Numbered from the stretch's first letter, positions 9,230 to 19,476 are shown. The stretch: 41,033 bases of DNA from a virus (IMGVR_UViG_3300032237_000768:1-41033); one strand, 5' to 3'. The notes: a model not told the origin generated them from the letters alone. Numbers and translations are program-made.

Positions 9230-12200
9230 ATGGCATTTGATAAAAATATAAAATCGAGTAGATTACTCCAAAGTAAAAGATATACTGAAGCAACCTTTGA
9301 TAGTCAGGAAGCTTATACATCGGTATTAGATATAAATGCTACGGAGATATATACTCAACAAAATCTAATACCTTCATCAAGTATTCCTTATTCAGGTTCT
9401 AGCCAGAATAATTTTTATATTACAGCTTCAGGATCAAATATTTTACAATATTTGTACAGATTGCCATTAACACCAGGTCCCGCTTCAGGAAGTGTGTATC
9501 CAGTTTGGTTTGCTATTAGTTCTTCTAATACAGCATCTGTATCTAATCAAGTAATACAAGCAAATCAATTAACAAGTTTTATATCTAACAAATATGCTGT
9601 ACCAACATTAGGTCCATATGATGCTGAATCCGCATCTCCTAATACAGCATATAACGTCGTTCTTACAACAGGTGCCACTTCAGGTTCAGCTACAGTAGTA
9701 TCGGTTAATGATTATACTTTTGATTATAAACAAGGTGTTTTAGAGTTTACACAAAATGAACCTTCAACATCTGCTAAATTATATCTTACTGCTTATCGAT
9801 ATGTAGGAAAAACTCTAGACCAATCATTAACATCAGGTAGTGGTGGTAGTGGATTTCCTTTTACGGGTTCAGCACAAATTACAGGTTCATTAGGTGTTAC
9901 AGGTAGCGTAAATTTTTCAACATTACCCGTTCAAGATGTAGTTACTATTGTAACATACAATACAGCATCCGGACAATTAGGATATGTAAATGTTACTTCA
10001 GGTACAAGTGGATTTGCTGGTTCTTCAGGAACCGCAGGGATATCAGGTACAAGTGGAACTACAGGTTCTTCAGGTAGTTCAGGATCTAACGGTGCAAGTG
10101 GATCAAGCGGCGTAGCAGGTACTTCAGGTACAACTGGTTCAAGTGGATCTTCAGGAGTAGCAGGACAAAGTGGATTATCGGCAACTAGTGGAACAGCAGG
10201 TTCTACTGGTTCTAATGGTTCAAGTGGTGCTGCTGGTTCAAGTGGTTTAAGTGCACTTAGCGGCACTTCAGGCTCAACCGGATCTAATGGTTCCTCAGGA
10301 GCTGCTGGACAAAGTGGTTTAAGCGCTACAGCAGGTTCTTCAGGTTCTACTGGTTCTAATGGATCTAGTGGTGCCGCAGGCTCAAGTGGTCTTTCAGCTT
10401 TAAGTGGAACTTCAGGTTCTACAGGTTCAAATGGTTCTTCAGGAGCTGCAGGTCAAAGTGGTTTAAGCGCAACTAGTGGAACAGCAGGTTCTGCTGGTTC
10501 TACAGGTTCAAATGGTGCCGCCGGTCAAAGCGGTTTAAGTTCAACATCAGGTTCTTCAGGTACTTCAGGTTCAAACGGATCTACAGGTAATGCTGGAACT
10601 TCAGGAAATAGTAATACAGCCGGAACATCTGGTTCAACTGGTTCTACAGGTTCATCAGGTATAGGAGGCCAAAGTGGCTTATCCGCAACTAGTGGAACTT
10701 CAGGTTCAACTGGTACTAACGGTTCTACAGGTGATGCTGGAAATAGTGGAGCTAGTGGTTTAAGCGGAACATCAGGTTCTTCAGGAACCTCAGGTTCAAC
10801 TGGAGCTAGTGGTAATGCGGGTGCTTCAGGAGCTAGTGCATCTTCAGGATCAACCGGTTCAAATGGTAGTTCAGGAATTGCGAGTTCAAGTGGTTTATCC
10901 TCTTTATCCGGTACTTCAGGTTCAACGGGTACTAATGGTTCTTCAGGTGCTGCTGGTTTAAGTGGTGCAAGTGAAACTAGTGGTACTGCTGGTACTTCAG
11001 GTTCAACGGGTTCAAATGGTGTAGCTGGACAAAGTGGTTTAAGCGCTACTTCAGGCACATCAGGTTCAACAGGTACAAATGGTTCTACAGGTAATGCTGG
11101 AACTTCAGGAAATAGTAATACATCAGGTAGTTCAGGAACTTCAGGTTCTTCAGGGTCTACAGGTTCAGCAGGTGTTGCTGGACAAAGCGGTTTAAGTGCA
11201 ACTTCAGGATCTTCAGGTTCAACAGGTACAAGTGGTTCTACAGGTAATGCTGGTAGTAGTGGATTTAGTAATACTTCAGGCTCATCAGGTTCAGCAGGTA
11301 CAAGTGGTGAAACCGGTACAAGTGGTACTTCAACAAATGCAGCTTCTGGAACTTCAGGTTCTGGGGGTTCATCAGGTACAAGTGGTGAATTAGGTTCAAA
11401 TGGAACTTCAAATATATCAAGTACTTCAGGATCTTCAGGATCAAGCGGTACAACAGGTTCAGCAGGTGCAAATGGTCAAAGTGGTGCGAGTACATCTTCA
11501 GGCTCTTCAGGTTCAACTGGTTCAAATGGTAGTTCAGGAAACGCAGGTACATCAGGAAATAGCTTTACAAGTGGAACTTCAGGTTCTACAGGATCTAATG
11601 GTTCGGCAGGTGTAGCAGGTTTAAGTGCTAATTCTTCAACAAGTGGAACTTCAGGTTCTAGTGGTACAAGCGGTTCAGCAGGAGATGCGGGTCAAAGTAA
11701 TTCATCTTCAACTTCAGGTTCTTCTGGTTCTTCTGGTTCTTCAGGATCTGCAGGTTTAGCAGGTGCAAGTGCTGCTTCCGCAACTAGCGGAACTTCAGGT
11801 TCTACTGGTTCTACAGGTTCAAATGGAGCTAGTGGTCAAAGTGGTTTATCAGGTACTTCCGGTTCATCAGGTTCAACTGGTTCAAATGGTTCAACTGGTG
11901 TAGCTGGTACTAGTGGTAATAGTGAAACTTCAGGAACTTCAGGTTCATCAGGTTCTACCGGTTCAACAGGTGCGGCAGGTATAAGTGGTTTAAGCGCAAC
12001 AGCCGGAACATCAGGTTCATCAGGTTCAAATGGTTCTACTGGTGTCGCAGGCACTAGTGGAAATAGTAATACAGCAGGTACTTCGGGTTCTGCTGGCACA
12101 AATGGTTCTACAGGAGATGCAGGATTAAGTGGCGCTTCCGCTACTAGTGGTACATCAGGTACAACGGGGTCTACTGGTTCAAACGGAGTAGCAGGTCAAA

Positions 12201-15049
12201 GTGGTTTATCATTTACTGCAGGTTCATCAGGCTCAGGAGGTTCAAACGGATCTTCAGGTGTTGCTGGTACCTCAGGTACATCTTCAGCAACTAATTCAGG
12301 AACTTCAGGTTCAAGTGGTTCAAATGGCTCTTCAGGAAACACAGGTTCAAATGGTTTAAGTGCATTAAGCGGAACTTCAGGATCAACAGGTTCAAATGGC
12401 TCTTCAGGTTTATCAGGTAACAGTGGGTTAAGTGGAACTTCAGGTTCAACGGGTTCATCAGGTTCAAATGGTAACGATGGAGCTAATGGTTTATCAGCAT
12501 TAAGTGGTACTTCAGGTACTTCAGGATCAAATGGTTCAAGTGGTAATGCTGGTTCATCAGGTTTAAGTGCATCATCAGGTTCATCAGGTTCAAATGGTTC
12601 TTCAGGAAATACAGGTTCAAATGGTTTAAGTGCATTAAGTGGTACTTCCGGATCTACTGGTACTAATGGTTCTAGCGGAAATGCAGGTTCAAACGGTCTA
12701 TCTGCTTTATCAGGTACTTCAGGTTCAACTGGTTCAAATGGTTCAACTGGTGTAGCTGGTACTAGTGGTAATAGTGAAACTTCAGGAACTTCAGGTTCTT
12801 CAGGTTCAACAGGAGTAGCAGGATCAAGTGGTTTAAGTGCAACCTCAGGTACAACTGGGTCAAATGGTTCAAGTGGTGTAGCTGGTTCAAATGGTTTATC
12901 TGCTTTATCAGGTACAGCAGGTTCTTCAGGTACAACAGGTTCAACCGGAGTTGCAGGTGCAAACGGAACTTCAGGTACAAGTGGTACAGCTGGATCTTCA
13001 GGTGTTTCTATAAACGGTACAGCAGGTATTAGCGGTGCTGTATTTAATAATTATGTTGGTAATTTAGTTTATGCTTCTAGTTCAAATCAAGTTCAAAGTA
13101 TTCCTTTCTTATCTGCAAGTTTAGCAGATAATATATTCTATATAACAGGTAGTCAAGTATTAACAGGTAGTTTAAAAATAACTGGTTCTACAACTCAAGT
13201 TGGTAACAATAATCTATATGGTAATACAACATTATCAGGTAGTATTATTATATCCGGTTCTACAACAACTCCATCAACTCCAACTATTAAAGTGTATGGA
13301 GATATGGAAACCAACGGTGTAATTAAATTTATACCGGTCGTTAAAAATATAGATACTACTATTTCAGGATCTTATATTTTTGTATCTGGTTCTACAGATG
13401 ACTTATATTTTAGTCAAAATGGACAAGGGTATTCAAATGTAACTCGTTTACGTTGGTTAGAAGGTAATTTATATACTGGTTTATTAAATGGTGGTGTAAT
13501 TACATCAGCTTCATCTACTGTTTATCAAGTAAGTAGTGGTAGTGGTATTATAGTTAATTTAAATGCAAGTTTAAGTGATAATCCATTCCCAACAATAAAA
13601 TATTTAAATTGGGGAAATTTAACAGCTAGTATCTCTGCTTTTACATCTTCATATCAACAATGTTTTGTAGGTATAGACGATACTGGACTTATATATGCTC
13701 AAGGAACACCATTTACCGATGGTCAATTTGATACTTTAATCAATATAGGTAATGTACTTTTTCAAAATGGTTCTACTATTAATGGATTTAAAACACAACC
13801 TTCTACAGCATATGGTTTTGAACAGGCACAAAATATATTTAACAGAGCATTTGGTCCTTTAAAACTATCAGGATATTCATTAGTACCTAGTGCTTCTGGA
13901 GGAACTAATTCTACAGGTAGTTTAGTACTTGGAAGTGGTACATCTTATGCTCCCGGAGCTAATTATATTGTAAATCCTAATAGCCCATCTTATGTAAGTG
14001 ATCCAGGAACAACAGTATCTAAAATATTTAGGTATTATGATTCGGGTTCAACTTGGGTTTACCAAACAAATGGAGGTGCAGGATATGGAGCTATTGATCC
14101 AACACAATATTCAAATAATGGTGTTTTAACAGCTGTTCCGGGTGGTGGTTCTAATAGACAATGGTCAATTCAACGTGTATTTTGGTATCCAAATAGTGTA
14201 ACAAAAGCATTTGTAGTTTATTATGGTAATGCTACTTATGCTACGGCAACAGACGCTATAGCGAATCTTCCATTTGAAAATTTTGTTGAAGCTCCAAACA
14301 CAGCAGCAAATGCAATTTATTTAGGTGCTTTAATCCTACAAAATAATGCCAACTTTACAAACTCATCAACATACCAAATATTACCTGGTGGTTTATTTAG
14401 AAATGCAGGAGGAAATGGAGGAAGTAGTGGTACAGTTACACAAACTTTAGCAGGTTTATCGGATGTTAATTTAACAGCACCTTCAGACTATCAAGCTTTA
14501 GTTTATGATTATTCTATAGGAAAATGGATTAATGCTTCTAATATTAGTGCTTCTATATATGGAAATGCAGCTACAGCTACAAGTTCATCTTATGCAACTT
14601 CAGCTTCTCTTGCTCAAACAGCATCTTATGCTTTAAATGCAGGTAGTTCATTCCCTTATACAGGTTCAGCAATTATAACAGGTAGTTTAGTTGTAACCGG
14701 ATCTGTAAGTTTAACAAATGGTAACCTTAATTTAAGTCAATCAACTTTTGCAAATCAAGATCAAGGATCATTAGGTCCAGGAACTGTTACTTTATCAACA
14801 AATGCAACCGGTTCTTATATTTCAGCATTCTACAATTATGCTTTAATCTCAGGATCAAATGCACGTGCTGGTCAAATAATAACAGTATGGAGCGGAAGTA
14901 GTATTCAACATACCGAAGTAACAACTCAAGATATAGGAAACACATCAAATGTTTATTTAACGGCTTCATTAAGTGGTGCAAACGTTTTATTAACAACAGT
15001 ACTTCCTACATCAGGATGGACAATAAAATCTGTAGTTAACTTATTGTAG
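9230..15049 (+). CDS. Giant fibre-like protein with an ~1000 aa Gly-X-X Ser/Thr rod
   Basis: 1939 aa; central repeat region; LAGLSDVNL...ALVYD...KWIN fibre-type motif in the C-terminal part. Confidence 0.7.
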   Translation: MAFDKNIKSSRLLQSKRYTEATFDSQEAYTSVLDINATEIYTQQNLIPSSSIPYSGSSQNNFYITASGSNILQYLYRLPLTPGPASGSVYPVWFAISSSNTASVSNQVIQANQLTSFISNKYAVPTLGPYDAESASPNTAYNVVLTTGATSGSATVVSVNDYTFDYKQGVLEFTQNEPSTSAKLYLTAYRYVGKTLDQSLTSGSGGSGFPFTGSAQITGSLGVTGSVNFSTLPVQDVVTIVTYNTASGQLGYVNVTSGTSGFAGSSGTAGISGTSGTTGSSGSSGSNGASGSSGVAGTSGTTGSSGSSGVAGQSGLSATSGTAGSTGSNGSSGAAGSSGLSALSGTSGSTGSNGSSGAAGQSGLSATAGSSGSTGSNGSSGAAGSSGLSALSGTSGSTGSNGSSGAAGQSGLSATSGTAGSAGSTGSNGAAGQSGLSSTSGSSGTSGSNGSTGNAGTSGNSNTAGTSGSTGSTGSSGIGGQSGLSATSGTSGSTGTNGSTGDAGNSGASGLSGTSGSSGTSGSTGASGNAGASGASASSGSTGSNGSSGIASSSGLSSLSGTSGSTGTNGSSGAAGLSGASETSGTAGTSGSTGSNGVAGQSGLSATSGTSGSTGTNGSTGNAGTSGNSNTSGSSGTSGSSGSTGSAGVAGQSGLSATSGSSGSTGTSGSTGNAGSSGFSNTSGSSGSAGTSGETGTSGTSTNAASGTSGSGGSSGTSGELGSNGTSNISSTSGSSGSSGTTGSAGANGQSGASTSSGSSGSTGSNGSSGNAGTSGNSFTSGTSGSTGSNGSAGVAGLSANSSTSGTSGSSGTSGSAGDAGQSNSSSTSGSSGSSGSSGSAGLAGASAASATSGTSGSTGSTGSNGASGQSGLSGTSGSSGSTGSNGSTGVAGTSGNSETSGTSGSSGSTGSTGAAGISGLSATAGTSGSSGSNGSTGVAGTSGNSNTAGTSGSAGTNGSTGDAGLSGASATSGTSGTTGSTGSNGVAGQSGLSFTAGSSGSGGSNGSSGVAGTSGTSSATNSGTSGSSGSNGSSGNTGSNGLSALSGTSGSTGSNGSSGLSGNSGLSGTSGSTGSSGSNGNDGANGLSALSGTSGTSGSNGSSGNAGSSGLSASSGSSGSNGSSGNTGSNGLSALSGTSGSTGTNGSSGNAGSNGLSALSGTSGSTGSNGSTGVAGTSGNSETSGTSGSSGSTGVAGSSGLSATSGTTGSNGSSGVAGSNGLSALSGTAGSSGTTGSTGVAGANGTSGTSGTAGSSGVSINGTAGISGAVFNNYVGNLVYASSSNQVQSIPFLSASLADNIFYITGSQVLTGSLKITGSTTQVGNNNLYGNTTLSGSIIISGSTTTPSTPTIKVYGDMETNGVIKFIPVVKNIDTTISGSYIFVSGSTDDLYFSQNGQGYSNVTRLRWLEGNLYTGLLNGGVITSASSTVYQVSSGSGIIVNLNASLSDNPFPTIKYLNWGNLTASISAFTSSYQQCFVGIDDTGLIYAQGTPFTDGQFDTLINIGNVLFQNGSTINGFKTQPSTAYGFEQAQNIFNRAFGPLKLSGYSLVPSASGGTNSTGSLVLGSGTSYAPGANYIVNPNSPSYVSDPGTTVSKIFRYYDSGSTWVYQTNGGAGYGAIDPTQYSNNGVLTAVPGGGSNRQWSIQRVFWYPNSVTKAFVVYYGNATYATATDAIANLPFENFVEAPNTAANAIYLGALILQNNANFTNSSTYQILPGGLFRNAGGNGGSSGTVTQTLAGLSDVNLTAPSDYQALVYDYSIGKWINASNISASIYGNAATATSSSYATSASLAQTASYALNAGSSFPYTGSAIITGSLVVTGSVSLTNGNLNLSQSTFANQDQGSLGPGTVTLSTNATGSYISAFYNYALISGSNARAGQIITVWSGSSIQHTEVTTQDIGNTSNVYLTASLSGANVLLTTVLPTSGWTIKSVVNLL
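9994..13040 (+). repeat. Coding Gly-X-X repeat with an ~24-27 aa higher-order unit
   Basis: Example unit GAA GSS GLS ALS GTS GST GSN GSS; boundaries approximate. Confidence 0.9.
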
Positions 15050-15052
15050 CAA

Positions 15053-15060
15053 TATTTATA
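15053..15060 (+). promoter_or_regulatory. TATTTATA putative late promoter motif
   Basis: Recurrent motif upstream of the ATG at 15090. Confidence 0.65.
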
Positions 15061-15089
15061 ATTAACCTGGAAGTGAAAGGTAATATAAT

Positions 15090-18000
15090 ATGGCAAACGA
15101 ATTTAGAATAAAAAATGGTCTTGTTGTAGATCAGGGAACATCGCAAATAACGGGTTCCCTATCTGTGTCTGGATCAAACCCTTTAGCGGCAACTTTGCCG
15201 ATTCAAGATAAAATATATGTTGTAACTTTTGACCCTGTAACTAATAACCTAGGATACATAAATGCATCTTCAGGTACTAGTGGTATTGCAGGTTCTAATG
15301 GTACAACTGGACAATCTGGTACTAGCGGAGCTAACGGTACTAGTGGTTCTTCAGGTTTAGCAGGTTCATCAGGTACAACCGGATCAAGCGGTGTTGCTGG
15401 TGCATCAGGGGCTAGTTCAACGTCGGGAACTTCAGGTTCGACTGGTACCACAGGTTCAAATGGAAACGCAGGAGCTAGTGGTTTAAGCGCAACTTCAGGT
15501 TCATCAGGTTCAACAGGTTCAAATGGTACAAGTGGTAATGCTGGTTCAGCAGGTGCAAGTGCTTTATCTAATACAAGTGGTAGTTCAGGTTCTTCAGGAA
15601 CATCAGGTTCTACAGGTGCCGCCGGTGCTAGTGGAGCAAGTGCAACTTCAGGAACATCAGGATCTACAGGATCTAATGGTTCAAATGGAGTAGCAGCTTT
15701 AAGTGGTACAGCAGGATCTTCGGGTTCTAATGGTAGTTCAGGAGAAGCAGGTACATCAGGTACATCTTCAGGCTCTGTTTCAGGTACTTCAGGTTCAGGT
15801 GGTTCAAGTGGTACTTCAGGTAATGCTGGTTCTACAGGTGCTTCTGCTTTATCAGCAACTTCAGGTTCATCTGGCTCTAGTGGTACAACGGGTTCTTCAG
15901 GTATAGCAGGAGGTAGTGGGGCAAGTGCAACTTCAGGTACATCAGGAACTACAGGTTCAAATGGTAGTTCAGGAGATGCAGGTTCTTCAGGATTATCTGC
16001 TTTATCAGGTACATCCGGTTCAACAGGATCAAATGGTTCAAGTGGTGCAGCAGGCGCAAATGGATCTTCAAATATAAGTGGAACTTCAGGATCTTCGGGT
16101 TCTGCAGGTTCTAATGGTAATGCGGGTGCAAATGGATCTTCAAATATATCTGGAACTTCTGGCTCAACAGGATCAAATGGTTCTAGTGGTGCCGCAGGTT
16201 CAAGTGGTTTATCAGCATTAGCTGGAACTTCAGGCTCTTCAGGTTCAAACGGATCTGCAGGTGTAGCCGGAACTTCAGGAAATAGTAATACAGCTGGTAC
16301 TTCAGGTTCTACAGGATCAAATGGTTCAAGTGGAGCTGCAGGTTCATCAGGTGCTAGTAATTTAAGTGGAACTTCAGGTTCAACGGGATCTAATGGTTCA
16401 AGTGGAGCTGCTGGAGCTTCAGGTTTAAGTGCAACTTCAGGAAGTTCAGGTTCAACAGGTACAACAGGTTCTACAGGAGCCTCAGGTTCAGGAGCAGCTA
16501 GTGGTACATCAGGTACTTCAGGTTCAACAGGTTCTAGTGGTACCGGAGCAAGTGGTACTTCAGGATTAGCTGGTACTTCAGGTACTTCAGGTTCAACAGG
16601 CTCTTCAGGTGTAGCAGGAGTAAGTGGCGCAAGTCGTTCATCAGGTACTTCAGGATCAACAGGTTCTGCAGGTTCAAATGGTGTTGACGGTGCTATTGGT
16701 TTAAGCGGATTAAGTGGTTCAGCAGGCTCATCAGGTTCAAGTGGTACAACAGGTAATGCTGGTTCTACAGGAGCAAGTGCAGCAAGTGCAACTTCAGGAT
16801 CTAGTGGTTCTTCAGGAACTACAGGTTCAAATGGCAATGCTGGAAACTCAGGAACAAGTAATGTATCAGGAACTTCAGGTTCTTCAGGTACAAATGGTTC
16901 AGCAGGAGCAACAGGTGCTGCTGGTACTTCAGGTGCTAGTTCAACTTCAGGTTCTACAGGTACATCAGGTTCTTCAGGAGCTTCGGGTAATGCTGGAACA
17001 AGTGGATTAAGTGCATTAAGTGGAACTTCAGGATCAACAGGTTCAAATGGCTCTTCAGGCGCAGCCGGAGCAAACGGATCTTCAAATATAAGTGGAACTT
17101 CAGGATCAACAGGTTCTGCAGGTTCAAGCGGTAATGCTGGAAATAATGGTGCTAGCGCAGTAAGCGGAACTTCAGGATCTTCGGGTTCTGCCGGTTCAAA
17201 TGGTGCCGCAGGTGGAAATGGAGCTTCTGCTGTAAGTGGAACTTCAGGATCAAGCGGTACATCCGGTTCAAGCGGTCTTAATGGTGGAGCAGGAGCTTCA
17301 GGTTTAAGCGCAACTTCAGGAACTTCAGGTTCTTCAGGTTCAACTGGTTCAAATGGTAATGCAGGTGCAAGTGGTACTTCAAATGTATCAGGCACTTCAG
17401 GTACAACTGGTTCGAATGGTTCTAGCGGTAATGCTGGAGCAGCAGGAGCAAGTGGTTTAAGTGCAACTTCAGGAACAAGTGGTTCTTCAGGCTCAACAGG
17501 TTCTAGTGGTCTTAATGGTGCCGCAGGAGCTTCAGGTTTAAGCGCAACTTCAGGAACTTCAGGTTCTGCGGGTTCAACTGGTTCAAACGGTGCTAGTGGA
17601 GCTAGTGGCAATAGCGGAACTTCAGGTGTAAGTGGAACTAATGGTTCTAGTGGTTCATCAGGAGCTAGTGGTGTTAACGGTGGAAACGGAACTTCAGGAG
17701 TAAGTGGAACTGCAGGATCTACAGGTTCTACAGGTTCATCCGGAGTAGCAGGTGGAAATGGAGCTTCAGCCGCTAGTGGTACTTCAGGTACAACAGGTTC
17801 AACAGGTTCATCTGGTAATGCTGGAGGAAGCGGTACTTCAAATATATCAGGAACTTCTGGTTCTACTGGTTCAACAGGTTCCTCAGGTAATGCTGGTGGA
17901 AATGGAGCTTCAGCAGTGAGCGGAACTTCAGGTACAACAGGATCTTCAGGATCTTCAGGTGTAAGTGGTGCTAATGGTGGAAGCGGAACTTCAGGTGTAA

Positions 18001-19469
18001 GCGGAACTAATGGTTCTAGCGGATCCGCAGGTGTGAGCGGTGCAAATGGAGGAAATGGTACTTCAGGTGTAAGCGGAACTAACGGAACTAATGGTTCTAA
18101 TGGTACAAGTGGTGTAAACGGAGTTTCAGGTGCTAGTGGTTCTTCAGGAACTTCAGGTGGTAGTGGAACTTCAGGCACAACAGGTTCAAATGGATCTTCA
18201 GGTAATGCTGGAGCAAACGGAGCTTCAGCCGCAAGTGGAACCTCAGGTACAACCGGTTCAACGGGTTCATCAGGTAATGCTGGTGGTAACGGTGCTAGCG
18301 GAGTTTCAGGCGTAAGCGGAACTAATGGTTCTTCAGGTTCAAATGGTAATGCTGGTGGTAACGGTGCTAGCGGAGTTTCAGGTGTAAGTGGAACTAATGG
18401 TTCTACAGGTTCAAGCGGAGCAAATGGAGGTAATGGAGCTAACGGAGCTTCAGGTACTTCAGGCGTAAACGGATCTACAGGTTCTAATGGTGCGGCCGGT
18501 GGAAATGGTGTAAATGGTGCTGGTGGTACAAGTGGTGTAAATGGATCTACAGGTTCTAATGGTGCTGCCGGTGGAAATGGAGCTAACGGTGCTGGAGGTA
18601 CTTCAGGTGTAAATGGTTCAAATGGATCTAGCGGTGCTGCGGGTACAAGTGGTACAAGAGGTCCAAATGGATCTTCAGGTGCAAATGGTTCAAATGGTAC
18701 TTCAGGTGCCGCTGGTACAAATGGTGTTTCATTTAATGGTACATCAGGTATTAGTGGTGGTGCCTTTAGTAATTTCCCAGGATACTTAACTTATGCTTCA
18801 AGTTCAACTTTAATTAAAGAAACAAATTTCTTAAAAGCAGATGTTGCTAATTTTAGATTAGGTATCAATATAGCTTCTCCTTCAACAACTTTAGAAGTAA
18901 ATGGAGGTAGTACAGCAACGGATGGTGTTAGTATAATAAATGGGTTTAGTGGTGGTAATACTCTTATAACACCAACCCAACTACAACAAGGAGTTGGATA
19001 TACAACTTTAGCTCAAAACGGTATTACATCTTTTATATTACAAAGTGATTTAAATTATTGGGGAGATAATTATTATTATGGAGAAATAATTTATGGTACT
19101 TTAAAAGGTGCTCACGATGCCGGAGATTTACTTTATTTAAATGAAAATGGAGGATGGGATGCCGCAGATGCAACCGGTACCTCAAATTACCCAGCAACTA
19201 ATCTTTTAGGTATAGCATGTTTAAGCGGAAATGATAATGATAATATTCCAATTTTATTACATGGTTTTTTCTCTAATGGTAATTATAGTTTAGGCTCTAG
19301 ATGGGGTATTCCTATTTATATGTCTACATCACCTGGAAATTTATCGATCAATGCCCCTTCATCAACCGGTAACTATATAAGAATTGTAGGACATGTTAAT
19401 AATTATCAAAATGTTAATAATAATGTAGTAATAAGATTTAATCCTGATAATTTCTGGTTAATAATATAA
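15090..19469 (+). CDS. Giant fibre-like protein with an ~1150 aa Gly-X-X rod and a C-terminal tip domain
   Basis: 1459 aa; the repeat is flanked by motifs shared with 9230..15049; C-terminal GDLLYL...ADA...LLGIA...YMS...AP...RIVG domain. Confidence 0.7.
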   Translation: MANEFRIKNGLVVDQGTSQITGSLSVSGSNPLAATLPIQDKIYVVTFDPVTNNLGYINASSGTSGIAGSNGTTGQSGTSGANGTSGSSGLAGSSGTTGSSGVAGASGASSTSGTSGSTGTTGSNGNAGASGLSATSGSSGSTGSNGTSGNAGSAGASALSNTSGSSGSSGTSGSTGAAGASGASATSGTSGSTGSNGSNGVAALSGTAGSSGSNGSSGEAGTSGTSSGSVSGTSGSGGSSGTSGNAGSTGASALSATSGSSGSSGTTGSSGIAGGSGASATSGTSGTTGSNGSSGDAGSSGLSALSGTSGSTGSNGSSGAAGANGSSNISGTSGSSGSAGSNGNAGANGSSNISGTSGSTGSNGSSGAAGSSGLSALAGTSGSSGSNGSAGVAGTSGNSNTAGTSGSTGSNGSSGAAGSSGASNLSGTSGSTGSNGSSGAAGASGLSATSGSSGSTGTTGSTGASGSGAASGTSGTSGSTGSSGTGASGTSGLAGTSGTSGSTGSSGVAGVSGASRSSGTSGSTGSAGSNGVDGAIGLSGLSGSAGSSGSSGTTGNAGSTGASAASATSGSSGSSGTTGSNGNAGNSGTSNVSGTSGSSGTNGSAGATGAAGTSGASSTSGSTGTSGSSGASGNAGTSGLSALSGTSGSTGSNGSSGAAGANGSSNISGTSGSTGSAGSSGNAGNNGASAVSGTSGSSGSAGSNGAAGGNGASAVSGTSGSSGTSGSSGLNGGAGASGLSATSGTSGSSGSTGSNGNAGASGTSNVSGTSGTTGSNGSSGNAGAAGASGLSATSGTSGSSGSTGSSGLNGAAGASGLSATSGTSGSAGSTGSNGASGASGNSGTSGVSGTNGSSGSSGASGVNGGNGTSGVSGTAGSTGSTGSSGVAGGNGASAASGTSGTTGSTGSSGNAGGSGTSNISGTSGSTGSTGSSGNAGGNGASAVSGTSGTTGSSGSSGVSGANGGSGTSGVSGTNGSSGSAGVSGANGGNGTSGVSGTNGTNGSNGTSGVNGVSGASGSSGTSGGSGTSGTTGSNGSSGNAGANGASAASGTSGTTGSTGSSGNAGGNGASGVSGVSGTNGSSGSNGNAGGNGASGVSGVSGTNGSTGSSGANGGNGANGASGTSGVNGSTGSNGAAGGNGVNGAGGTSGVNGSTGSNGAAGGNGANGAGGTSGVNGSNGSSGAAGTSGTRGPNGSSGANGSNGTSGAAGTNGVSFNGTSGISGGAFSNFPGYLTYASSSTLIKETNFLKADVANFRLGINIASPSTTLEVNGGSTATDGVSIINGFSGGNTLITPTQLQQGVGYTTLAQNGITSFILQSDLNYWGDNYYYGEIIYGTLKGAHDAGDLLYLNENGGWDAADATGTSNYPATNLLGIACLSGNDNDNIPILLHGFFSNGNYSLGSRWGIPIYMSTSPGNLSINAPSSTGNYIRIVGHVNNYQNVNNNVVIRFNPDNFWLII
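15264..18760 (+). repeat. Coding Gly-X-X repeat (Ser/Thr/Asn/Ala)
   Basis: Seen directly in the translation; boundaries approximate. Confidence 0.9.
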
Positions 19470-19476
19470 TAATTTT

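Noticed and set aside
15047-15092. Stop-codon readthrough or alternative genetic code joining the two giant fibre genes
   Set aside because: The ORFs are in different frames, and genes across the window are intact under the standard code with TAA, TAG and TGA all used as stops.
15203-18178. 991 aa minus-strand Pro/Glu-rich ORF, and similar ones at 6518, 9931, 10525 and 11836
   Set aside because: These are antisense shadows of the Gly/Ser/Thr codon repeats, which lack stop codons in that frame. They have no independent expression signals.
9994-18760. CRISPR array or non-coding satellite
   Set aside because: The repeats are in-frame, degenerate at synonymous positions, and have no repeat-spacer structure.
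9994-18760. Bacterial ice-nucleation protein (InaZ-type) assignment
   Set aside because: The AGYGST octapeptide / 16-residue repeat is absent; the period here is 3 with a 24-27 aa super-period.
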